64,000 nt of DNA from Macrostomum lignano (lineage: Eukaryota), in assembly GCA_002269645.1 (NCBI GenBank), contig NIVC01000793.1, positions 1 through 64,000 of the forward strand. Direction: 5' to 3'. Both the position numbers and the translations under genes were made by a program. The notes below the pieces were generated by a model. It was given only the letters and a program-made list of their open reading frames with translations, ran no database searches and was not told where the DNA came from. This document shows positions 21,765-33,900 of the stretch, one piece after another; positions within the stretch are counted from its first letter, which is position 1, and every line of letters begins with the position of its first letter.

Positions 21765-22496
21765 CCTCCTCCCTGGTTTGGGATTTTTGGACTCGTTTCG
21801 TCCGCTGCCTTTGTCGCCACGCCTGTGCCTTCCCTCTTGCTGCTTTTGGCCCTGTTGGCTAAGGTTGCGATTTCAGGGGCCGGTTTTAACTGGCTCTGTA
21901 ATCGTGTTTAGCCGACGGGGCCGCCCCCTCCGCCCGTCTGTGCGTGCGGCCCGCGCGTGTGCATCCCTGCCGCAAGGCGGGGTGCTGGGTGCCGGCCGGC
22001 AGGCGGGGGTGTTGGGTTGGGGGTGGGCGGCGTCGGCCCCCTTTTATTTGTGCGCTCACGCTCTCTCGTGCGCGCTGCGAGAGCGCTTTGGCTCGTAAAT
22101 TTTTTTTTATTAATTTTCTTGTAATGCTTTTATTCCGTTGCTGCGTGACTTCCCTTTTAATCGCCTCAAATCCTAAAATATATTCGCTATCGCAGGACTC
22201 GTTTCGTCCGCTGCCTTTGTCGCCACGCCTGTGCCTTCCCTCTTGCTGCTTTTGGCCCTGTTGGCTAATGATAAATCCAGATCTCATCGCCAGTGAGGAT
22301 GTCCCAGATACGCCGGCTGGTCCCGGATTCGAATTTCTGCAGCATGAATCGGCACCAAGCCACCCTGGTGTCCTTCTGCACGTCCGACAGCTGATGGGGG
22401 ATCCACCGGGAAGCCAGCTTCCGCACTCCAAGGTGTTCGTGCAGAATGGCGTGCACACTCCCCGATCCAATACCGATCTCCTGCTGGCGGTATTGC

Positions 22497-22660
22497 GGTT
22501 TTGAGTGCCTGTAGGCGGCACAAAGTGAGCAGAGGAATAACCTGGCCTGCGGAGAACTTAGCAATTGAAGCAACAGAGGAAGAGGTGTGGCAGCATTTGC
22601 TTAGCGTTGACTCGGCACGGAAATTCTGCTTCCGATTTGATCAACGCTCCGAGCTGCCAT
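22497..22660 (+). pseudogene. Fragment of the duplicated cGLR C-terminal exon (copy of about 4507-4670)
   Basis: High nucleotide identity; encodes ACRRHKVSRGITWPAENLAIEATEE. Confidence 0.88.
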
Positions 22661-22669
22661 CATCATCAC

Positions 22670-22830
22670 AATATACTAAATCTCTTAGATCTGTCTGTCC
22701 GACCGGTATTTCAGTCTACAGCCTGAATGCCTGAACCGATTTTTTTCAAACTTGCTTCATTCAATTGGAAATTCTTGCGAGATTGTGCATGACTAATTAT
22801 TTTGTTGATATTTACAAAGATGGCCCTTTA
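22670..22830. mobile_element. Possible Helentron-associated (HINE/DINE-like) non-autonomous fragment
   Basis: CTGTCTGTCCG followed by CTGAACCGATTTTTTTCAAACTT resembles such elements. Termini not resolved. Confidence 0.3.
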
Positions 22831-23039
22831 AAGTTGAGAAAACCTGTTTTCGCCTATGCTTTCAGTGTATTTTTCTCGCAGTGAGGGCTTAATACGTCTA
22901 TGTCCATAGACTAAACTTCAACTTCTTGAACTAAATGCTACGGTCGCTACGCTCTATAAAGAATTAAATAGGAGTATTCGAAAACATGCTTCTTTGAATA
23001 AGGGAGAGATTACTTTTAAATTAACCTACAGAAAGTGCA

Positions 23040-24060
23040 TTTCTCGCCTCTTTCGCAGTCTCATCCTTTTCCCGAGGAACAACAACTTCTATGGTAATTT
23101 ATCGGTTGTAGGAGGACTGAGAACCATTTCTCAGTCCCCAAACGAGGCCTGAGAAATAGTTCTCAGTCCTGCTATAAACAGTTGTATTTAACAAATGTAA
23201 ACCAACAACAGGAAGTTCAAATAGTAAAATTTAGAAGCGTCTTGTAAGCACTCACTCAAAAACGATTTCAACGGTGTTGGTGTTACCATTGATGTTAAGC
23301 CTCATTTTCTTTGCAGGATTAGCAGTCACTACGTTACTTTGTTCCATAGCTTCAACAGAGCGTTCAGGCTCGGTGTCAATAGACAGACTTGATGACTGAC
23401 CACCAGATTGAAGAGCATGCGATACTTTAACATGGTCTTGTACGTCAAACTGAATATAGCGCTCAATAGCTGTCGAAGAGTGTCCTGTAACACGAGCGAT
23501 GTCCTCTCTAGCAAAGCCAGCACGGTGTAGAGTACTTGTAGAATCCATGTAGAATTCGATTGTGTCGCTGCTCAAACCACTGGTCAAAAATTCTTACAGC
23601 CCATAGTTCCTTCCTTCGCGTATTTGGTGGGATAGCAGCGTCCAGCTTCCCTTGTATTTCGTCAGTCGAGAGCGTAGCGAATCGATCACTACCAGCAGCA
23701 GGATTCGTTGCAGCGGATTCTTTACTTTCAAAATATCGTAGCACTAGATCTAAGTCGTCTTCCATGGTTCTATTATATATGCAAATGGATGGACTGCTCA
23801 GTGCTCCATCTAGGTAGACGATTTATAACACTTTAGCCAGTCAGTCACATAGCTTGTGCCATAGACTAACTGTACTGGATATTGATGCGTATTTTGCTTT
23901 CAGTAGGTTAAATATTTTCTCCTCCTTTTTCCAAATATGTCTATGGAAAAGAAAGTCCTCGGTTGATATTCTCAAGGCCTCGGCTTCGCCTCGGCCTGAG
24001 AAATGCATCCTCGGACTTACTTTTCCATAGCCACACTGGGAAAAGGAGGAGAATGTATAC
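23040..24060 (-). mobile_element. Internally deleted Crypton-like tyrosine-recombinase DNA element
   Basis: N-terminal IPPNTRRKELWAVRIFDQW abuts C-terminal TLHRAGFAREDIARVTGHSSTAIERY with the core missing. Flanking GGCCTCGGCTTCGCCTCGGCC motif, which I associate with Cryptons. Boundaries approximate. Confidence 0.6.
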
Positions 24061-24409
24061 GTATCAGCCAGTGCACTTTAAAATTCTTGAAGTATTGCGT
24101 AACTGTGTACAAGCATCACTGCTATGTATTTGACTGCAGTGCCGAAGCATATAGTAGTCTGTCTGTATGTGCCCCGTGTCTCGGGTGCTTGCTACGTCTG
24201 TTGGATAGTATAGTATAGTATATAGTACATGCATTGGATAGAAAAATGCTCATCGGCTGCGTGCTGTTTGAGGAATGCTTTCTGTCTGGGGGATGCTTGC
24301 TGTCTGGGGGATGCTAAATGGGATACATAACTGCTATGTATTTGACTGCAATGCCGGAATATATATGGCGGATGCTAAAAATGGTCTGTCTGTGTGGCTT
24401 GACTTAACT

Positions 24410-27400
24410 TGACTTAGCTGCAGGGGGCGTCCGGCGGATGCAGCGAGGAGGCGGAGGAGACCGCCCATTCCGCTAGCCCCTGGCGACCAATGACTTCCGT
24501 TGAAGCGATGACTTCCGTTGAAGCGATGTCGCTCAGGGGGACCCGTCGGTCTCGCCTGCAGCGTGGTCCTCCTCACCGGCGGTGGGGAAGAACTCAGCTC
24601 GTCCCGTGTCCCTGAGGTACCGGGCGAGCAGCGGGATGCTCTCGGGCCTGCAAACGTCGGAGAGAACCGGGTTTGGCCCGAGGTGAGTGAGCCTGGCCCT
24701 GGTGAAAACCGGGCACTGGCAGATAAAATGCTCGGCGTTTTCACTGCCTGAGCGGCAGAAGGGGCACCGCTCCTCGGGTACTTGGCCCTGAAGGAAGCGG
24801 TGGCGAGAGAAGCAGCCATGCCCGGAGAGGGCCATGCTAACTGCTCTGAGGTCTCTGCGGTTGAGCCTGAGGAGGGCTCTACGCAGGAGAGGAGAGGGGC
24901 AGGGGACGGCCGCACGGGATTGCCTACAATTCCGGGTGTCGTTCCACCTGCGGAGATGCTCGGAGTCAGTCCAGCGCTTAACGCGGGAGTTGATCACCGA
25001 GGCGGGGATGGGGGCTCCCGGGCCCGGCCTCAGCAGCGCGCCGGCGGAGCCAGCCTTGGCCAGCAAGTCAGCGCACTCGTTGCCGAGGAAGCCGGCATGG
25101 CCCGGGATCCAATTGAGCTCTACCTGGTTGCCTAGCGCAAGCCCGTTGAGCTGGGTGTTGCAGTCCAGGACGGACCTGGAGCTGGCGGTGCTGCGGCAGA
25201 GGGCCCGAAGGGCTGCTTGGCTGTCATAGTGAAAAATAAATTTCCGACCGCTAAGCTGCCTTCGGCGCAGCTCTGCCGCGCAGGAGCTGATGGCAAGCAC
25301 CTCGCTCTGAAAAACACTGGAGTTGAGCCCAGTGTGCTGGGAGTAGCTCCACACCACTTCTCCCTTGAAGAAGACGCAAGCTCCGAAGCCTGAAAGACCA
25401 TGCCTCATAGAGCCGTCAGTGTAACAGTGGACTTCAGAATCGCTCCAGCTGTCGCTTGCCTCGTGTCGAGGCTGAATGGTGACCTTATACCTTTGGCTCA
25501 GGAGAAGGGTGGCTGGAATCGAGTCCGTGAGGATGTTGAGCCCGCCACACTCCTCGAGAGCCTTGAGGCAGAGGTCAGAGTGCGGGATAAGCGACCGCTT
25601 CTTAAAGGCCCGCACTTTCTTGAAGGCCACCCCAGCATCAGAAGACGCCGGGTGCTCTTCGCGGCCTCTCCTTTGATATAAATATTCAGAGGAGGGGCAC
25701 AGAGGAAGGCATTCATGCCTTCAAAAGGAGTAGAGGGTGGAGCGCCCATAGTCATGCGGCAGGCTTTGCCCTGGATTTTGTAGAGAGCGTCGAGGTTACT
25801 TTTGACGCTCAGGCCACTAGCCCACACGAGGCTGGCGTAACTGATCGAGGGGCGGATGATGGCAGTGTAAATCCACCACAACTTCCTGGGGGTGAGCCCC
25901 CAGGTGGTGCCCACGGCGCGCCTGATCTGAGCCAGGACAGCCAGGGCTTTTTTGGCTTTAGTTTGAATGTGCGGAGTCCAGTTAAGCCTGTGGTCCAGAG
26001 TGAGGCCCAGGCAGCGGACCTGCTTCTCCATGGAAATATTCTTTCCATAGAGGGTGAGGGGCTTAATGGTCCAGAGCAGTTTGTTGGTAAACATGACTGC
26101 TGTGGTTTTCGACTCTGAGTGTCTAAGGCCACATTGGTTTGCCCAACGCTCCGCTCGTCCCAGAAAGCCCTGCAGAAGGTCTCTTGGTATCAACCGAGGG
26201 GCCCGCGCATATCGCGGTCACATCATCGGCATAGCCCACCTTGAGAATGGGGTCGTGGAGATCACTACAAAGCAACTCATCCATGACCATGTTCCAGAGA
26301 ACGGGAGTGAGAACTCCGCCCTGGGGGCCCCCTTTCTGGACAGGCGCCGTAAGAGAGCTGCCGTTCAGGTGGGCCACAACAGTGCGGTTTTTGGATCATG
26401 AACATGATCCACCGGACAAGGTGAGGGTGCGTGGCCCTGGATTCCAGGGCTCTGCAAAAGGCCTCGAAGATGACGTTGTCGAAGGCCCCCTCAATGTCCA
26501 GGAAAAGCGAGAGGGCAAAACCGCTGCCAAGAACGGCCCTCTCCAGGAAGTCAACAATGACATGGAGGGCACTCTCGGTAGACCTGCCTGCGCGGAAGGT
26601 GTGTTGGTTCTGCGAGAGTGGGAAGCGCTTCAGCTCGACCGAAAGTAGGCGCCAAAGCACCAGTCTCTCGAGGATCTTGAGGCAGAAAGAAGTGAGGCTG
26701 ATAGGCCTGAAGGCCTTCACCGATTGGTAGTCGCTCTTTCCAGGCTTGGGGATAAAGACCACCCGGGCCTCTCTCCACGCAACTGGTACATAGCCCAGCT
26801 CCACACAAGCTCGAAGGAGACGACAGAGCAGGTCCAGAAAGCGGTGGTTTTTCACCGCCTCGTGCAAGAACGCTGGGTAGATGCCGTCGGGCCCAGGCGC
26901 CTTGAACGGGTTGAAGGACCTTGCCGCTCTAATAATGCGGTCTTTGGTGATTATAGACTTTGCTAGGCCTTGCCCTTCCACTGTGTGGTCAGGCGGGCCC
27001 TGCTGAGTCGGAGATTTAGGGAAGAAACTGCTGAGCATTATGATCGAGCCATCAGGTCTCTTCACAACAGAGAGTTTAGAAAAACGGTCATTAGTGAGTG
27101 CCTTAACCACGCGGGCAACGGGGCGAGAGCCCTCAAGCTCTTCGCAATATTGGCGCCACTTGGCCGTCTTGGCCCTTCTGACTTGGCCCTTAAACTCGTG
27201 GATTACACGGGTATAGGCCTCTCTATCAGATGGGTCCTTGGTTTTGAGCGCTCGCCTTTGGAGGGTCCTGGCTCGGCGCCGAAGGGCCCCGAGCTCTGGG
27301 TTCAACCAGGGAGCAGATTTCTTGCCTTTGTAGGCTTTTAGAGGGCAGGCTGCTTCAAAGGCAGTGGTAATCGCCCCGCCCAGGGAAGAGGCGAGATCAT

Positions 27401-28585
27401 CCACCACCTGGCAGTCAGAGAGGTCACTGGGGGGGGGGTCAAGATCCCGAAGGCCGCGGCTCAGCTTCGAGCCAAAGGCGGCCCAATCGGTGTTCCTGAC
27501 GTTCCGACTCCAAGTGACCTTAGGCTTTTGCTTGGTCGGCCCAATGGAAAAGCGGATAAAGCGGTGGTCCGAGAGCGAGTCCTCGTCCCACACTTGCCAG
27601 CCCGTGACTGCGGAAAGCAGTCCGGGTGAGGCGATGGTGGTGTCGATGACTTCGGCCCACCGCCCATTATTGAACGTTGGTGCATTTCCCACGTTACAGA
27701 AATTGAGGTTTGTGCTGCTGACGTAGGCCAGCAGCTCCTCGCCTCTGTTATTGGTGTTCTTGCTGCCCCAATGCAGGTGGTGTGCGTTCACATCCCCTGC
27801 AATGAGCAGCTCGAACCGACGGGACGCAGCATAGTCAATGAGGTTGACTAGTGCGTCGCAGACTACTGGGGCATCGCCTGGGAAATTGGCAGATGCTACC
27901 AGCACAGGTTGATTCGGAATGAGGTTATTGATTTGAACAACACAGATCTCCCCAGTCGAGAGATCAGGTCTCATCCATGTCTCAAAAGCTTTTGCAGCAA
28001 AGACCAGAGATGTTGGGCGAGGCTGAGAGTCCGCCATGCAAAAACAGTGGTAGCCAGATGGCACATTATTTGGCTTACCTTTAGTCATCCAGGGCTCCTG
28101 CACGAAGACCAGGCCCGGAAGCTGTTGCTCTGTCGTGCGCATCAGGTTGACTGACGCCGCCACGCAGCGCTGGGTGTTGATCTGCAGACACCAGGTAGCC
28201 GCTGGCATCAGTGCAGATCGGGTGTTGCAGTCGCCAGGAGTTCCTCCTCCTCCTCGGCGCTCACCAGCTTCGGGTCGGGGTCGCCGGTGTCCATGGGCTC
28301 CTCTTCAGCAAAAGGCCCCCGATTGGTCGGAAGGCAATAGGCAGCGTTCGCCGCCCTTCGCCCACGGGCCACGGGGTCCTCCGCTTCAGACTGGCCCAAT
28401 GCCCTGGAGCAGCCAGCCGCCTGGGCAGGCGGGTCCGTCTCCAGTCGGCCCTGCCCCGAGGGGTTGGGCCCAGCTGGGACGTCCCCACCCTCCCTGGACG
28501 AGCTGGTGCGCCTAGGCGTCCCGGCGACCTCTCTCCTCAGCTGGGTGATTTTAGCGGTGCGGACCGCTTCAGCTGCGCGCAACAG
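24410..28585 (-). mobile_element. 5'-truncated LOA/R1-like LINE (ORF1 tail plus APE-RT-RNase H-CCHC ORF2 with frameshifts)
   Basis: LQINTQRC, GDVNAHH, SDHRFI, LDIEGAFD (26277..28208); PQGGVLTP and YADDV (26123..26377); YTDGS, WIPGHAGFLGNECAD and CPFCRSGSENAEHFICQC (24533..25630). Confidence 0.88.
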
Positions 28586-29027
28586 CGTCTGCAACAGGAG
28601 CTGAGAACTAAATTGCAAGTTTTTGCCTTGCTTCCGTGTGTGCAGTCATAGTATAATCTATTGATATTGTAGTTTTGAAAACGTAATAATCATTCCATTT
28701 TGTAGTTTTGAAACGTTGCAACTAATTTCTATCTATTATTATAGATTTTGAGTTGGTCTATAGCTGGCAGCGGACACCGCACTACCTGCCGATGTTCTAT
28801 TGTAAACCAGTAACCGTTTTTAACAAACAGATTTTCCGACTTTCTTCGTTGCTAAAGGAGCTTTAGACACTACTTGAAGTAGATTAAAGTTAAAAGACTG
28901 GAAATCAATAGGCAAAAGTCTATAAACTATTTGTTTTGCTATTAGCTCGCAGCCTTAGTGTAAGCGCATTGTATGCCCGGAACTGATGTCACTATTCGAC
29001 ACTATTTTGTCATTATTTCACACTTTC
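28586..29027 (+). pseudogene. Duplicate of the cGLR stop-codon region and 3' flank (copy of about 4935-5328)
   Basis: Near-identical sequence. Confidence 0.9.
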
Positions 29028-29089
29028 ATTCGCGCTCATTATTCCAAAATTTTCGATTATGCTTTAATTGGCTGTTTTGAGTTAGCTTA

Positions 29090-29265
29090 TCATGGACAAC
29101 TGTGATATGTCTTTGACCATAGACAACTGTGATGTGTCTTAGTTTGACCATAGACAACTGTGATGTGTCTTAGTTTGACCATTGAAAACTGTGATGTGTC
29201 TTAGTTTGACCATAAAAAACTGTGATGTGTGTCTTAAATTATTATAGTTTGACCATGGACAACAC
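29090..29265. repeat. Short 31-bp tandem repeat (GACCATAGACAACTGTGATGTGTCTTAGTTT), about 5-6 degenerate copies
   Basis: Directly visible. Confidence 0.8.
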
Positions 29266-29280
29266 TGTGGTAAATACTAA

Positions 29281-29901
29281 GGGGATTTCAACTTAAGCAC
29301 CAGAATGGAGCCCGAAGTTCAGCTCCGGCCCAAACCGACTGCAATCGATAACTTGTCGGCCCAGACGACTAGAATCGCCGAGACATCCCATCCGGCTCCC
29401 TTCCTTGGGGTCCCAGGGGATAAAGGGGATAAAATGGGGATCTCATGTCAACTTAAGGCTCTGGAATGGAGCCCGAAGTTCAGCTCCGGCCCAAACCGAC
29501 TGCAATCGATAACTTGTCGGCCCAGACGACTAGAATCGCCGAGACATCCCATCCGGCTCCCTTCCTTGGGGTCCCAGGGGATAAAGGGGATAAAATGGGG
29601 ATCTCATGTCAACTTAAGGCTCTGGAATGGAGCCCGAAGTTCAGCTCCGGCCCAAACCGACTGCAATCGATAACTTGTCGGCCCAGACGACTAGAATCGC
29701 CGAGACATCCCATCCGGCTCCCTTCCTTGGGGTCCCAGGGGATAAAGGGGATAAAATGGGGATCTCATGTCAACTTAAGGCTCTGGAATGGAGCCTGAAG
29801 TTCAGCTCCGGCCCAAACCGACTGCAATCGATAACTTGTCGGCCCAGACGACTAGAATCGCCGAGACATCCCATCCGGCTCCCTTCCTTGGGGTCCCAGG
29901 G
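29281..29901 (+). repeat. 161-bp tandem array, outer part of the left arm (about 3.8 units)
   Basis: Repeating ORF starts at 29305, 29466 and 29627. Confidence 0.97.
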
Positions 29902-30199
29902 TGTACTGTAGAAATGAAAAGACCGATGGTCCGCCAATAACTATTTTGGAGCTGAGGCTCAAGCGAGACGCTAACAAAACGAAAAGCGTAAACCGTACAC
30001 AGGGCTAATAAGCCCTCTCGATGATATATATATATATATATTGCAGTCAGTCAGAATCAGCCAGCGTGGAGGGGGGTGGGTGAGATGGGCCTGGGCTAAA
30101 TCAGCGTACATAGAAAATTGAATAATAAACACGTACGTACATTAAAACACGCAGTGGAATTGGAAAGAAAATCAATGCTACTAATCTACCTCCCAAACA
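29902..30199 (-). repeat. 3' LTR (298 bp)
   Basis: Matches 36374-36669 except for one extra AT unit. Confidence 0.97.
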
Positions 30200-30926
30200 T
30201 ACCCCCCACCTTGGCATGACAATGACAAAAACTATTCGAGGGATGAAACAATGAAAACGAATACGGTATTAGGAAAATATTCGAAAACGATGCGTGATAC
30301 AAAATCGAACTCAAAAAGCAAAAAAGCAACGTTGCATGAAACATTGATGGCGACATTGTGAATGGTAGAAAATTAGAGCAAAAGGTGAAGATAAGTACGC
30401 AGATCGTAGATGACAATCGAAAATTTTGCAGAAGTACGTCAGCTATCATATAAAATTTCAAAATTGAACACGAACGCAGACTTCCGCCACCAAACGCAAC
30501 TGAAACAAAAACTGAAACAACAATTGTAAGCATTGGGCTATCAAAAGGTCGGAACTGGCGCATAAACTATGGTACTTCTAAGCGCAGAAAATCAAGCAAT
30601 ATTAAGTAGAGCTCAAATAATGCAAACATCGCTCGTAAAAAACTCAAAAAACGCAAAAGACAAACTTGCCGACAAATTCACTAAACCGTAACGACTGCTA
30701 TTCAGCAAAAATTCACGCAAGAAAATAAATAGCTAAATAATGAATGTTAATCGCGTTGAACACTGAAAACGAAAATTGGGTTAAGACGGCAAAAACAGGG
30801 TGATTCCTATTAGCATGAAAGGGAAAGCAGACTTTACGAACAATGCAACAAGCAGGAAAATTGAACAACTCATCAGAAAAATTGCAAAACCTGACAAAGT
30901 CTAATTCTCTAGCAAAGGTTCGCAAA

Positions 30927-33900
30927 CTAACCTGCAGATATTGGACACAACTTTGTTATTGGTCTCGTCATTGTGCGATCACCGACTCTGATTGAGGCGA
31001 CTCTCACGTGACCGTCCGAACCGCGCATGACCTCCAGCACGCGAGCCAGCGGCCAGTGACCCCGAGGCGAGTCCGGGCTCACCAGCAGCGCCACGTCTCC
31101 AGGTTGTAGGTCAGGCAGCTCGCGGCGCCACTTGCTCCGCGGTGCGAGTCCCGGCAGCCACTCGCGCAACCACCGGCGCCAGATCTGCGACACCAGCTGC
31201 TGGACGTGACGCCATCTTCTTGAAGGACTGCGGGCGATGGCAGCGTCGACCTCCGGTGCAAACTTCCCGCCGACTTGCCCGATGAGGAAGTGATTCGGCG
31301 TCAGCGGCACATCATCACTCGGATGCGCCGTCTGGTACGTCAACGGCCTTGAATTCAGAAGTGCCTCCGCTCCAGCAAACGCGCTTAGCAGCTCCTCATC
31401 CGTGACGTCCGCCTCCTTCAGAATTGCCCAGATTGCCTTCTTCGCTGCTTTGATCATGATTTCGTGCACCCCACCGAAGTGCGGCGCAGCGGGCGGGTTG
31501 AAATGCCATCGCAACTGCTGAGAAGCCGTTCGCTGTTGAAGCTTCTGGGTATCCAAGACGTCGACTAGTTCTCGAAGCTCGCGCGCCGCACCGACGAAGT
31601 TCGTGCCGTTGTCCGAGAACAGCTCGATCGGTTGGCCTCGTCGACTGATCATCCGCTGTAGAGTCCGTAGGAAGGAATCGGTATCCATGCCGAATGCCAC
31701 TTCCAGATGTACAGCTCGCGTTGCCAAGCAGGTGAACAATGCCAGGTACCTTTTCTGCCGAGCCTTGCCACGGCCCTGCTTGGTGATGAATGGACCGGCA
31801 AAATCGACAGCGACCCGAGCGAAGGCACGAAGCGGCTCCTTGAATCGGCAAGAGGGCAAGGGGGCCATAATCTGGCTGGCTGGTCTGGCTTTCCGTCGGC
31901 GACATTCGGCGCACTTTGCTTCCCAAGACTTAATGGCTTCTCTGGCCGAGACGATCCAAAATCGGTTTGACAGTGCCACCAGAGTTTGGTTTGTGCCTAG
32001 ATGTTGGACACTTTCGTGGTGATGCTTCACGATGAGCTCCGTCACGCGGTGTGATCGTGGCAGAATGATAGGAAATCGAGTGCTAAACGGTAGCACATCG
32101 GCGAACTTTAGTCTCCCATCAGCGCAAAGCAGGTCGTTGACGTCGAGCTTCGGGTTCAGGTTAGAAATCACACTGCGTCCCGGCAACTGCTTTCCTGCTC
32201 GCAGACAAGCGATCTCTTCCGCAAACGTTTCTTGCTGGGCTCTCTGGATGATCTTCGATTCAGCTGCTTCAATCTCTGCTGGTGATAGCTCGCCAGTATC
32301 TCGGTGCTCCTTCATCAAACGGCAGTTGTTAGCGAACCTGGCCACCCAAGCGTGAACACGGACAGCTCTGATCCAGCTGGAGAAGCGCTCTGGCTCCAGT
32401 CGATGATTGCGCTCTAGCACATCGGTGACATACGTTCTCTGGCTCTCACCGGCCGGCGACTGATCCTCGCATCTGCGTCTCTCTTCCACCTGCTCAGGAA
32501 CCTGCACTTTGTTCTTTGGCCAATTCTCTGCCTCTTCTAAGAGAAACTGAGGTCCATGCCACCACAACTGGCTAGCCGCCACTGCCTTGATCGATAGTCC
32601 TCGAGAGAGCAGATCTGCTGGATTCTTTTCCGTCGAAACATATCTCCACTGGTTCGGCTCTGTTGAAGCTTGGATCTCGCCCACTCGAGAGGAGACAAAC
32701 GGCTTGAACATTTTTCCTCGGCCACGAATCCAGTACAACACGTTTAAGCTGTCAGACCAAAAAACTGCGTCACGAAGCGGCACTTGCAATGACTGCGCGA
32801 CTTTGCTTGCGAGTTGGACTCCCAGAACTGCTGCCATCAGCTCCAACCTCGGTGTACTCATGGTTGTGATTGGAGCTACTCGAGTCTTCGAGATGATAAG
32901 TCGAACGGAACGTTCACTGTCAGTTGCCGTTTCACTTCTCCAGTAGCATACAGCTCCGTAAGCTTTCTCGGATGCGTCAACGAACACGTGCACACTACCC
33001 GACAGGGAATTTTCTCCTTCAAGCGCCCTGGAAAGCCGAATCTCGCTTAAATGTTTCAGGTCAATGCACCAGGCGCTCACTTTTGCACTAAGTTCTGCAT
33101 TCAGCGGTTCATCCCAATCAAGACCTGTCTGCCAAAGCTCCTGCATCAGAATCTTCGCCTGCACGACAAATGGAGAGATCAGTCCAAGTGGATCAAAGAC
33201 GCTCGCTAGCTTCTTCAGCAGACCTCTTTTTGTGGTCACCTGACGCGACTCGTTTTCATCTTTAAAGGTAAATTCGTCCTGCTCACTCTGCCACGTGACA
33301 CCCAGTGTCTTGGTGCTTGGTAGTTCTTTGCTGTCCAAGGTAACTTCGGCTGCACGGTCTTCAGGTGGGATTCTATCGAGCACAGCTCTCGAGTTCGAGA
33401 CCCACTTGCGCGCGTGCATGCCGGCGCGCCTCCAGAGCTCACTGAGTTGATCGTACAGCCTGCAGGCGGCTGCCTCGGTGGGCGCAGAGTCCAGGCTGTC
33501 ATCCATATAGGTAGAGTGCAGTACTGTCTCGGCCGCCTCTGGAAGCTCACCTTTTAACTTTTCAGCATGGCAGCGGGTAACGAACTGTGCCAAGAAAGGA
33601 GAGCTGGTGACGCCGAACACCACTCTGTTGAACTCGTAGACATCCGGTTGCTTTGAAGGATCGGCGTCCCGCCAAAGGAAACTGTGCAGCGGCCTGTCCT
33701 TCGGGTCCATCTCGATCTGGAGATACATTTCCGCTACGTCGCATGCGATCGCAATCGGGTGTCGGCGGAACCGAAGCAGCACGTCAACCAAATCCCTCTG
33801 CAGTTTGGGGCCCTGGAGGATCTGGTCGTTCAATCTGGCAGCCGATGCATCAAAGACTATCCGCACTTTTGTTGTAGCCTTGTCTGGCCGCAGCACTGGG

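Larger units (their letters stand above)
17773..22268 (+). mobile_element. Ngaro-type (DIRS order) tyrosine-recombinase retrotransposon with split direct repeats A1..B1-A2..B2
   Basis: A1 17773-~18017 equals A2 21863-~22108; B1 21789-21862 equals B2 22195-22268. ORFs are gag, RT/RNase H and an overlapping YR. No TSD. Confidence 0.92.
17129..22496 (-). mobile_element. Mariner (Tc1/mariner DD34D) transposon, split by the Ngaro insertion and lacking its 5' end
   Basis: TA|CGAGGGTCACTCAGAAAGT terminus at 17129. Transposase motifs WIPHQLS and GDEIWIYH (22269-22496) join YDPE..LHHDNASAH..HPAYSADLAPCDFFLF (17193-17772). Confidence 0.9.
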
